Below, one piece after another: positions 1 through 8,592 of a stretch of DNA of 64,000 nucleotides. Under the pieces are notes generated by a model that saw only the letters and a program-made list of their open reading frames with translations, searched no databases and was not told the DNA's origin. The DNA comes from Waterburya sp. (lineage in GTDB: Bacteria; Cyanobacteriota; Cyanobacteriia; Cyanobacteriales; Xenococcaceae): NCBI GenBank assembly GCA_965217895.1, contig CBDCJV010000002.1, forward strand, positions 2,656,001 through 2,720,000, written 5' to 3'. The position numbers were made by a program, and so were the translations under genes. Numbering within the stretch: the stretch's first letter is position 1; each line of letters begins with the position of its first letter.

Positions 1-230
1 GAGTCCTCCAAATCCAATGGTTTAGCGGAGGAAGTATCCACAGAATCATCTGGTGATAGTTGTTGAGGTTGATTATCTAAAATATGAAACTGAGGAGTGT
101 TGTTAGCTAAACTAGGCTGTAGAGAAACGAAAACCAACAGAATAAATCCGCTTACCAGAGCAATAAATTTACGAACAGTCTTATTATTGACTGAATATCT
201 TAGAATTTGATGTTTTGGCGATTTATTCAT
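1..230 (-). CDS. 5' part of an exported/membrane protein running off the window start
   Basis: ATG at 230 reads open to the edge: MNKSPKHQILRYSVNNKTVRKFIALVSGFILLVFVSLQPSLANNTPQ..., signal-peptide-like; not in ORF track. Confidence 0.6.
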   Translation of the reverse strand, partial: MNKSPKHQILRYSVNNKTVRKFIALVSGFILLVFVSLQPSLANNTPQFHILDNQPQQLSPDDSVDTSSAKPLDLED

Positions 231-295
231 CTTTAGCAGTTATGACATTACCAATATAGTCATTCCAATTAATTTCCGCAGGTTAATCTGTTATG

Positions 296-320
296 GAAGT
301 CAGAGGTCAGAAGTCAGAGG
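296..320. repeat. short tandem heptamer repeat (GAAGTCA/GAGGTCA), STRR-like
   Basis: gaagtca gaggtca gaagtca gagg. Confidence 0.6.
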
Positions 321-399
321 GTTTACGGCGATTCTGGCAGATTATACTATTCATCAGGTTTTTTTTGGGAATGACTATAGTTAGGACAATCTGTACTGC

Positions 400-583
400 T
401 CTAATAGGAGTGGTAGCTGCTTTAGCCTTAGTACCTGCGATCGCAGCAGCAGGAATAGCCTTTCTCTCTAAAAATCCCGTAATGGGTTTTGGCGGTCTGC
501 TTCTCTTAAGTATTAATGTCGGGTTTATTATTATCTCTGGTATTTTAACTATTATTATTATGCGACCAGAGCAACGAGATTAA
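400..583 (+). pseudogene. C-terminal fragment of DUF389-like membrane protein
   Basis: GVVAALALVPAIAAAGIAFLSKNP...RPEQRD closely matches 5989-6162 at DNA level; the ORF's N-terminus (293-400) is unrelated sequence starting in a tandem repeat. Confidence 0.7.
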
Positions 584-605
584 GTCCTATTTGAGTCTAT
601 GCCTG

Positions 606-1806
606 GGGAGCATCCCATTTTGGCAAATAGACTAAGCAGCAATTTGTCCATTAAGATAAGCACAGCGTAATCGCAGCATTGAACTAACTGAATCTGGATT
701 CCATTGTGAGCCTGAAATTTTTAGACGGCGATCGAGTTGCTTTATAGCTGATTCAACTGCTCGCCTCACCAATTGAAATATGATACTCAGTTTGTAGCAA
801 CTCGTAATTAACTAAACGATGACGGTGTTTTTCGATATAAGCTAAAAACTTTCGCGCCCGTCTAGGACATTCTTGCTCGAATAAAGCGATCGCTTGCTCT
901 ACTTTTCCTGACCACAAAAATGTTTCTACTTGTCTCAGGCGTTTTAATGAACCACCAACTTTAAACAAATTTTCTTTCAGATGAAACCAATCTAAAATTT
1001 CATATCGTTGTTGTGTCGTAGCAATTCGACTGAAAAGATTCCACACTCCTGAATGACCATCCCCCAAACAGATTAGAGGATTAGTTAATACTTGAGAATC
1101 GATCCATGCAGTTAACTCTTCTTTTCCTCGGAATGTTGCCCCATAGTAGACTCCCGATAAACGTGCTGCTTGATAATCTCGCCATTCACATTTTTCTCCT
1201 AGGGTTGGAGTTCTTAAGCTCACTTTGCCTCCATCATTGCACACCTCATTGATCGCTATTGGACTAGCGGGAAAATCTAAATGCTCTTTTTCTGTTTCTG
1301 TATAGACTTGTCTTTGTAATGTGCTATGCCCTACTTTCATTCCTGTCAGTAAAAACAAGTCTTGTTCTGCTTGAGAAAATGATTCATTGGCACTCAGACA
1401 CAAGCAGCATTTTTGAAGCAAAGGACTAATACGGGTCCTTGCTTGTACACCTAGTTTTTCTAATTGTCGGTGACGTAGACGTAGTTTTCCTACGGAGCTT
1501 TTGATTATTCGCTCTTTCCCGATGTTTGTTTTGGTCTTTTGTTCGATAAAAAAAATGCCATCTCAGGTCCTACTGATTCCAAAAGATGTTCTCTAACTGC
1601 TTTTTCTATGTGCTCCAGGGTTTGACATTTATCTGGTGCAGTATTGCGATACAAAATTTTTGATAGTTCTTGGACACATTCTTGTACACGAGCTTTATCT
1701 GATGGGGTCATTAGCTTTCTTCATCACTCAAGTCTTCTTTTAGTTTGCTCCCCATCCCTCCTATTTCTCTACTTCTTCTGTTTTTCTTCCAAAATGGGAT
1801 GCTCCC
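606..1806 (-). mobile_element. ISKra4-family-like insertion sequence
   Basis: Perfect 18-bp terminal inverted repeats GGGAGCATCCCATTTTGG (606-623) / CCAAAATGGGATGCTCCC (1789-1806) around a transposase; no target duplication seen. Confidence 0.85.
632..1711 (-). pseudogene. ISKra4-like transposase, two ORFs joined by probable -1 slip, with extra inactivating frameshift
   Basis: ORF1 1505-1711 overlaps ORF2 frame at a T8 run; ORF2 has DGGK, LGDGHSGVWN, LDWFH motifs; near 765 the frame breaks and AVESAIKQLDRRLKISGSQW...AYLNGQIAA* continues in another frame to 632. Confidence 0.75.
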
Positions 1807-1849
1807 TACCAGTGTTCTAATAATTTACAGTGTAGAGTAGAAAAAAATA

Positions 1850-1865
1850 TCTATCTACAGAAACA
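1850..1865. promoter_or_regulatory. TCT-N2-CT-N2-AG-N2-AGA palindrome, candidate activator site
   Basis: TCTATCTACAGAAACA (9/10 fixed positions); minus-strand TAAATT at 1822-1827, 22 nt away. Confidence 0.4.
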
Positions 1866-1963
1866 AATTTGATAAATTCTTTGTATATAATTCGTATATT
1901 AAATATCTACTTTTTCTTTTTATAAAAATAATGTATTATCTTTGCTTTAAGAATTTTATTAGA

Positions 1964-3958
1964 TTACACTACCTGTTCGTCCATCGACCCAAGATAATCT
2001 TCAACAGAAGACAAGTGCCATTTAGATTGTCCTTTAATTTGCAAAACCTGTTGATGGTATTTTAATAGGCTAGGACGATGACCAACACTGACTATCGTAG
2101 TTTCTGACTGCTGCAACAGTTGATAAAGTCGTTTTTCATTTTGTGTATCTAATGCAGAGGTAGCTTCGTCTAAAATCGCATAGTTTGGTTTGGTTAACAG
2201 TAACCGTGCAAAAGCTAATCGCTGTTGTTCTCCTAAAGATAAAACATCCGACCAACTTAATTCCACATCCAATCCTCCGACTTTACTAGATAGATCTGGC
2301 AAATTTACCTGCTGTAAAACTTGAATTAGTCGATCATCGGCAACACTACTTTCAGTATTGGGATAAAGCAACTGTTGTCGTAGCGTACCCAAAATCATAT
2401 AGGGCTTCTGGGGCAAAAACAGCATCGAATCTGAGGATGGTCTGATAATTGTTCCCGTACCTTTGTTCCATAATCCTGCGATCGCTCTTAATAAAGAACT
2501 TTTCCCCGCCCCACTTTCACCGACAATTGCTAAACTCTGACCAGGTGCGATCGCCATGGAAAGATTTTCTACCAGGGTTTGTTGACGATTAGGAGTCTGT
2601 AGCGTTACCTTTTCTAATGCCAAACGAGAATCAACTTCAGTATTAATCGTAGTGGCTTCAGGGGTCGATTTTTGCCCCTGTGTCAATTCACTTAAGGTTT
2701 CATCAAAGGCAGCAATCCGATTGATTCCCGCTGCAAAGGCTGTCAAAAGCTCAAATTGGGTAATAACAATCGCTAAAGCTCCAAAAATCTGACTAAACGC
2801 CAAACTTGCTTGACTAATCGCGCCAAAATCAATATTTCCTGCCAGATAAATTGGTGCAACAACTAAATAGGGTAAGATGCGAACAAAATAATTGTGTCCC
2901 GTAGTGAAGAAGTCTAGGTTACGCTGCCAACCAATCAAAATGTGATAGTTTCTAATTGCCCTCATAAACCTTTGTCCGACGCTTTCAAGTTCTTGTGATT
3001 CTCCCCCATAAAAGGCGATCGATTCCGCGTTGTCTCGCAAATGCACCAACCCATAACGGAAGTCTGCTTCTCGCTGTAGCTGATTGTAGTTAAGTCCAAT
3101 TAATCTTCTGCCGATTAACACCGTTACCACCGTACCAAACACGGCATAGATAATTAATACCATTGATAGGCTGCTAGAAATTGCCCAGAGTACGCCGACA
3201 AAAGAAAAAAGCGTGATTACAGAATCTAAAATCACTAAGAGAAAAGTCAAGCTAGTACGAGTAAAAGACCTAATATCTTCGGCAATCCGCTGATCGGGGT
3301 TATCAATCTGCCTAAGAGCATTAATCTGATAATAGGCTCTATTTTGCAAGTATCGCTGCATAAAGTTGTCCGTCAACCACTCACGCCAATAAACCCCCAG
3401 TAATTCCTGACAGTAGCGATAAATCACTACTATGGGCGTACCAATAACAAATACTGCGCCAAACACCCCTAAAAAGAGCCAAAAAGTAGATGCTTCTTTA
3501 TCTACCAAAGCCGTTTCAATAAAGCGCACCACAAAGGACAAAACAACATTTAAACCGCTAACCATAATTGAAAATAATAGCAGCAGTGCTAGCAAACCCC
3601 ATTGTTTTGTTCGTCCTCTTAGTCTGCGCCATTGCCAAGCAAAAATAGCTGCGGGGATAACTAAAGCCAAAGCCAGTACAGTTTGATAACCAGAGTCAGT
3701 CAATACCTTCTCTCTGATGCTAATCAAACCAGAAGCAACCTGTTGGGTAAATTCAGGAACAAACTGCTGACCTAGCCAAGTAGTAATAGCGATCGCGATA
3801 AATAAAGCAGCAAATAGAAAGATTAATAGCATTAGCAGCATAAAAAAGAAAATCCCTGCTTGTTTTTTTGTGGGATACCAGTAGGGTAATGCTACTTCGA
3901 TAAAGCGTTGCCAAAGACGGCGATCAATTCTATTAATTGGCGGTGTATTTTGAATCAT
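1964..3958 (-). CDS. ABC transporter fused permease/ATPase (ABCD / YddA-BacA-like)
   Basis: DNPDQRI, EADFRYGL, Walker A GESGAGKS, LSLGEQQRLAFAR, ILDEATSALD, SVGHR. Confidence 0.9.
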   Translation of the reverse strand: MIQNTPPINRIDRRLWQRFIEVALPYWYPTKKQAGIFFFMLLMLLIFLFAALFIAIAITTWLGQQFVPEFTQQVASGLISIREKVLTDSGYQTVLALALVIPAAIFAWQWRRLRGRTKQWGLLALLLLFSIMVSGLNVVLSFVVRFIETALVDKEASTFWLFLGVFGAVFVIGTPIVVIYRYCQELLGVYWREWLTDNFMQRYLQNRAYYQINALRQIDNPDQRIAEDIRSFTRTSLTFLLVILDSVITLFSFVGVLWAISSSLSMVLIIYAVFGTVVTVLIGRRLIGLNYNQLQREADFRYGLVHLRDNAESIAFYGGESQELESVGQRFMRAIRNYHILIGWQRNLDFFTTGHNYFVRILPYLVVAPIYLAGNIDFGAISQASLAFSQIFGALAIVITQFELLTAFAAGINRIAAFDETLSELTQGQKSTPEATTINTEVDSRLALEKVTLQTPNRQQTLVENLSMAIAPGQSLAIVGESGAGKSSLLRAIAGLWNKGTGTIIRPSSDSMLFLPQKPYMILGTLRQQLLYPNTESSVADDRLIQVLQQVNLPDLSSKVGGLDVELSWSDVLSLGEQQRLAFARLLLTKPNYAILDEATSALDTQNEKRLYQLLQQSETTIVSVGHRPSLLKYHQQVLQIKGQSKWHLSSVEDYLGSMDEQVV

Positions 3959-4118
3959 AAGAATTAACTAAAATTGATCTTGCCAGACCTAGATTTGAAA
4001 ATAAATAAAACTTTAGTTAGATATTTTAATTAAATATTTTACCTATCATCTAACATGAATGGGCAGAATTAATACTGCACAATTTGCTGATATACAAGAA
4101 AAGGAGTCAAGCATATTT

Positions 4119-4919
4119 ATGTCAAAATTAAATCTATCATTTAAGTTAGGAACAGGCGCAGTAATTTTATCCCTAGCTTCAGTTTTTGCTACTGACCCTG
4201 CTAGCCTACAAGCTCAAGAAACTGATAGTAATACCACTATTGAAGAGATTGAAGAAGATAATGCCGATGCAACAGGCAAACAAGTAACTGTCAGAGGTGA
4301 AGTAAATGAAGTTGAACCTGGTATATCCTTCCAAATTTCTGAAGAAGGTTTTTTGGAAGGCAGCGAAGTACTAGTGGTTAACGTTTCTGGTGAAATGCTT
4401 CCCGAAATGCCTGACGAAGATTTAGAATTACAGGTAACAGGAGAATTGAATCAATTCGTATATGCCGATGTCGATCGTCTCTACGATTTAGACCTAGACC
4501 CCGATCTTTATGTAGATTATGAAAATAAACCAGTCATTTTTGCCGAATCAATGACTTTATCTCCTGGTATTGAAGATATTTCTGAAAGACCAGACAATTT
4601 TTATAGCAAAGAAGTTGCTTTAGAAGGAGAAGTTGGCGAAATAAAAAGCGATTCAGCCTTTACTCTCAGTGAAGATGAATTAATTGGCGACAACGATATG
4701 CTAATGATTAACGTAACTGGTGAGCCTATTCCCCAACAGGAGCAAAAAGTAGTAGTGACTGGTACGGTTCGTCCATATGTTTCTGCTGAATTTGAGAGAG
4801 ATTATGACCTAACCTGGGATTTGGACGTGCAGAAAGAAATAGAGGCAGAATATTCCCAAAAGCCTGTCTTGGTAGTAGACAGCATCGAGCCAGCCAAAGA
4901 TGAAGGATTATTCGAGTAA
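4119..4919 (+). CDS. acidic exported protein with duplicated domain; paralog of 13858-14670
   Basis: AAGGAG at 4101-4106 before ATG 4119; signal-like N-terminus; internal repeat GKQVTVRGEV../SKEVALEGEV.. Confidence 0.75.
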   Translation: MSKLNLSFKLGTGAVILSLASVFATDPASLQAQETDSNTTIEEIEEDNADATGKQVTVRGEVNEVEPGISFQISEEGFLEGSEVLVVNVSGEMLPEMPDEDLELQVTGELNQFVYADVDRLYDLDLDPDLYVDYENKPVIFAESMTLSPGIEDISERPDNFYSKEVALEGEVGEIKSDSAFTLSEDELIGDNDMLMINVTGEPIPQQEQKVVVTGTVRPYVSAEFERDYDLTWDLDVQKEIEAEYSQKPVLVVDSIEPAKDEGLFE

Positions 4920-4941
4920 TTATTTATTAATGCATTTTTAG

Positions 4942-4969
4942 AGCGTAATTATATTACGCTTTATTTTTT
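4942..4969 (+). terminator. rho-independent terminator
   Basis: AGCGTAAT-tat-ATTACGCT followed by T-rich tract. Confidence 0.55.
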
Positions 4970-5056
4970 AGATTGCAGTTAAATAATCACAGTTATAAAT
5001 AGCTAACAGCATCTCTGATTAATCAAATTTACATAACGTAAAACTCAACATTATTT

Positions 5057-5479
5057 ATGAATCAAAACAGAAATAAAATATTTTGGACGACCTTACTATT
5101 TTTAGGTACATTCTACGCCTGGAACAACACTATTAATTATAGCATTGCCGAGTCTATAATTAGTGACCCTGTTCGCAGTTTGCCAAAAGAGCAAACTAAA
5201 GAAACTCCTAACAGTAATACTTTACCTGAGTCAGTTAAAAGTGCTGTGCTTAAAGCTGCTTCCGGGCAAACAAGTAGGACAGTGGCATATTTGAAAATAC
5301 TTGATTCGCAACCAAAAGAATGGAGTAACGGTTGTTTAGGTTTAACCGAACCAGGAAAAGTATGCGTTCAAAATATTGTTTCTGGCTGGCAAGTTAAAGT
5401 TACCGACGGTTTGAGAAACTGGACTTATCGTACCAATGATTCAGGAGATCTCGTTAAGCTCGAACCATCGCCAGAATGA
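5057..5479 (+). CDS. secreted hypothetical protein with WSNGCLG..C..GW domain
   Basis: Hydrophobic N-terminus; WSNGCLGL..VCVQNIVSGWQV..WTYRTN motif. Confidence 0.75.
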   Translation: MNQNRNKIFWTTLLFLGTFYAWNNTINYSIAESIISDPVRSLPKEQTKETPNSNTLPESVKSAVLKAASGQTSRTVAYLKILDSQPKEWSNGCLGLTEPGKVCVQNIVSGWQVKVTDGLRNWTYRTNDSGDLVKLEPSPE

Positions 5480-5519
5480 TAAAATATCAACATATTATGC
5501 ACAAATAAAATAATGCCGC

Positions 5520-6162
5520 GTGTCCTCTCATAAACCAAAGGTTAGCGATCGCACAATCGAAAAAGTCAGTAAGCAAGCGCGTCTTACAGCCTCCTATTTA
5601 GTATTTATGGCAACCGCAGGGGTATTAGCTACGGTTGCATTGCTAACTAACTCTATACCAATCAAGATTGGTTCGATGGTGATAGCCCCTGCCTTACCAC
5701 CTTTGGGCTTAGTATCATTAGCGATAGTAGTTAAAAAAAAGCCAAAATTAATAATGACGGGTTTAACTACAGCGTTTTTAGGTTTTCTAATTGCCATGGT
5801 TTTTGCCATGCTAACCACTTGGTTATTAAACATTACTCATGTAATTCCCGCCGAAACTAATTTGCTGGGCAAAGAACTTTTAGATGAACGAGTAAAGCCT
5901 GGATGGTATAGCGTAATAGCTGCAATGGCAGCGGGAGTTGCTGGTTCGGTCGCTTTGATAAAGCAAAAAACAGACACTTACTTTGGTAGGAGTGGTAGCT
6001 GCTTTAGCCTTAGTACCCGCGATCGCAGCAGCAGGTATTGCTTTCTTGTCTAAGAATCCGAGAATGGGTTTTAGTAGTTTGCTTTTGCTGGCAATTAACG
6101 TGGGATTTATTATTTCTGGGTTTTAACTATTTATTCTTTTGCGACCAGAACAAAAAGATTAA
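5520..6162 (+). pseudogene. DUF389-like membrane protein, frameshifted
   Basis: IGSMVIAP motif; ACTT duplication near 5976-5983 shifts frame before LVGVVAALALVP; further indels near 6115-6135. Confidence 0.75.
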
Positions 6163-6263
6163 GTTAATTAACGATCGCCAATTTTGCTAATTTGTCTCTC
6201 TCGGTAGAGACATAAAACAATAATATAGTGCAACCTAATAGTAAAGCTTATTAGATATTTACT

Positions 6264-6830
6264 ATGCAAGACAAATTAAACTCTTTTAACATACCTGACA
6301 AACAAAAGTTTGCTAGCGTTTTTCGACTCTTGGGTCAAGTTAGCTATTGGGTTCATTTAATTTTGGCTGCTACTTCAGCAATAATTTTGGGACTAATTGT
6401 ATTCAGTCGTAGATTAGGCACACCTGCAAACAATGCAGCTATTAGCGTGAGTATTGTTCTCACCGTTAGTAGTCTGGTAGCTTTAGGAATTAGAGTTTTC
6501 TTTGCTTGGCGTTATAGTAAGATGGCAAAACAATTACAGATTGCCAGATCCTCACAATTAGATAGATTGGAAATAATTAGTACTTTGCGGGTTGGTTTAA
6601 CAATTAGTTTAATCGGCTTAGTCCTAGCCTTTTTAGCCTCAGAAACTACGGTAGTGAGTATAATTGCTCAAGCGATCGCCCAGCCCCAAGGTACTAGAGT
6701 GTATGAACCACAGCAGGCGATCGAAACCGCCGATTTATTTCTAGATTTCGTTAACGTAACTATTTTGGGCGCACACGCTTTGGGTACAATTAATTCTTTG
6801 GGGTTACTCAACTGGATTACGCGAGAATAA
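6264..6830 (+). CDS. DUF3611 family membrane protein (Tic21/PIC1-like)
   Basis: FASVFRLLGQVSYWVHLIL, AQPQG, ILGAH..G..NSLGLL; 4 TM segments. Confidence 0.75.
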   Translation: MQDKLNSFNIPDKQKFASVFRLLGQVSYWVHLILAATSAIILGLIVFSRRLGTPANNAAISVSIVLTVSSLVALGIRVFFAWRYSKMAKQLQIARSSQLDRLEIISTLRVGLTISLIGLVLAFLASETTVVSIIAQAIAQPQGTRVYEPQQAIETADLFLDFVNVTILGAHALGTINSLGLLNWITRE

Positions 6831-7042
6831 ATCGTATACGTATCTACTGTTTTGTATTTTGTCAACTAAAAATTGACTGAGAAAGGAAAACCTAAAGAGT
6901 ATATACCAAACGGTATTCTTAAGGATACCTTCGGATAAGGGATAAAGGAAAAAAAACATATCTAAACCCAAAAAACTACCGACCGTTGATTAGTTGACAA
7001 AGCACTGTCTTATATAAATTAGCCTTATTCAAATAGAAGAAT

Positions 7043-7615
7043 ATGTATGAACCAGCAGAATTGACACCCAACAATAAGTTGCCCAACAAGCAGAAATTTG
7101 CCCGCATCTTCCGCACATTAAGCCGTATTAGCTATTGGATTCATCTAATCTTAGGTGCTATATCGGGAGTGACTCTATTGCTTGTTTTCTTTAGTCGCGG
7201 AGCAAGTAACAGTGGTACAGGATTGGGTATCTTTATAGCTATGTTTAGCTTAATTGCTTTGGGTTTTAGAGTTTATTGGGCCTATCGATACCGTCAATTA
7301 GCTAAAAAATTAGAGAGAGTTAATCCCGATAAGCAACCTAGCAGAACAGAAATTATTAGATTACTCCGCATCGGATTGTTATCTAGTTTAATAGGACTGT
7401 TATTAGCTTTTATTGCTTCAGAGATTAGTCTCATTTCATTAGTTGTAGGTGCGATCGGCAGACCCCAAGGCGTTGCTGTATATGAAAGAGAACAGGTGAT
7501 TAAAATCGCCGATTTATTATTAATCCTGGCGCAATTTAATATTTTAGGCGCACACTTTTTTGGCACTGCTAATTCTTTAGGATTACTTAATTGGATATCA
7601 AAAGAAGAAGTATAG
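7043..7615 (+). CDS. DUF3611 family membrane protein, tandem paralog
   Basis: Same motifs as 6264-6830 (SYWIHLILG, RPQG, ILGAHFFG..NSLGLLNWI). Confidence 0.75.
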   Translation: MYEPAELTPNNKLPNKQKFARIFRTLSRISYWIHLILGAISGVTLLLVFFSRGASNSGTGLGIFIAMFSLIALGFRVYWAYRYRQLAKKLERVNPDKQPSRTEIIRLLRIGLLSSLIGLLLAFIASEISLISLVVGAIGRPQGVAVYEREQVIKIADLLLILAQFNILGAHFFGTANSLGLLNWISKEEV

Positions 7616-7771
7616 TCATACTAAATTCCCCCAGCACTCTTTTCCTCCGCTGCTTGGACTTTGAGAAAAATGCGATCGCCTAAAGGCTTAACGTAGATGT
7701 TTATAAAGCTAAGGTTGCCATGAAAAAATTCTCCTAACTATTGAATACAGGAACTAACAAAACATTTATGA

Positions 7772-7808
7772 TTTAGAGGAAGTGGAATTTGAACCCACTT
7801 CCTCTAAA
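7772..7808. terminator. hairpin terminator between convergent DUF3611 and hsp20
   Basis: TTTAGAGGAAGTGG ... CCACTTCCTCTAAA inverted repeat. Confidence 0.7.
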
Positions 7809-7812
7809 TCAT

Positions 7813-8307
7813 CTAAACTGAGGCTAGTTCTAGATTCTCTTCAGAATCCGCTTCTGGTAAAGAAGTGGCTGCGTTTGCCTGTTCGAGATTAATCTTGACT
7901 ACTTTTTGCTTGGCTTCTTCTACTTTGGGTAAGATTAAAGTCAAGATACCGTCTGCATAAACCGCTGTGACTTCAGTATTGACTATCGGCACAGGTAAAG
8001 AGATTTGGCGGTGGAATTTACCATGATTAAATTCCGAATATAAATATCGAGATGATTCTGTTTCTAAAGCATGACGTTCTCCAGAAACAGTCACCGATTT
8101 TCTCGTTGCTTCAATATCAATATTTTGGCGATCTACTCCAGCCAAAGAAAGTCTGACAATTAACTTGTCATCATGGTCTAATAGTTCCATTGCGGGTTGC
8201 CAAGAATTATAATTCTGACTAGCCCCCTCTATATCGTTAAAAACGCGATCAATTTGATTGCGTAAAGAATCCATTTGCTCAAAGGGTGAAAAGCTCACAA
8301 TTTTCAT
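7813..8307 (-). CDS. hspA: small heat shock protein Hsp20/alpha-crystallin
   Basis: PFEQMDSLRNQIDRVF, WQPAMEL, SEFNHGKFHRQISLP, YADGILTLILPK; GGAGG RBS before ATG 8307. Confidence 0.85.
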   Translation of the reverse strand: MKIVSFSPFEQMDSLRNQIDRVFNDIEGASQNYNSWQPAMELLDHDDKLIVRLSLAGVDRQNIDIEATRKSVTVSGERHALETESSRYLYSEFNHGKFHRQISLPVPIVNTEVTAVYADGILTLILPKVEEAKQKVVKINLEQANAATSLPEADSEENLELASV

Positions 8308-8411
8308 AACGAAATTTCCTCCGTTGTATATGCAACTCAACATACCGTTGAATAAAATTAGTTAGTTGAAAAATTTCCAAAGCCTGGCTGAATCACTGTT
8401 AAGGTTGTGAG

Positions 8412-8438
8412 TTAGCACTCGCGCTTTGTTATTGCTAA
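8412..8438. promoter_or_regulatory. CIRCE-like operator (HrcA)
   Basis: TTAGCACTC-N9-TATTGCTAA versus consensus TTAGCACTC-N9-GAGTGCTAA (2 mismatches); overlaps minus-strand TATATT -10. Confidence 0.6.
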
Positions 8439-8477
8439 TATAGCAAAGCTATTTTTTGGTTGACAACTATTTCTAAA

Positions 8478-8493
8478 GTAGGGTTTCCCGAAC
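8478..8493 (-). promoter_or_regulatory. K-box-like heat-shock element
   Basis: minus strand GTTCGG-GAAA-CCCTAC fits GTTCGG-NNAN-CCNNAC as recalled for cyanobacterial chaperone promoters. Confidence 0.6.
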
Positions 8494-8592
8494 TAATTTG
8501 TCGTGGTAAATAAAACCTCAATGGCGATCGCCCTACTACAAACTTCCTTTTTTATTATATTACAGCGGTTTGCATTGTTCTTTCTAAAACAA

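Noticed and set aside
3978..3993. Additional TCT..AGA palindrome copy (8/10)
   Set aside because: No TAN3T at the 21-23 nt spacing toward the 4119 gene; may be chance.
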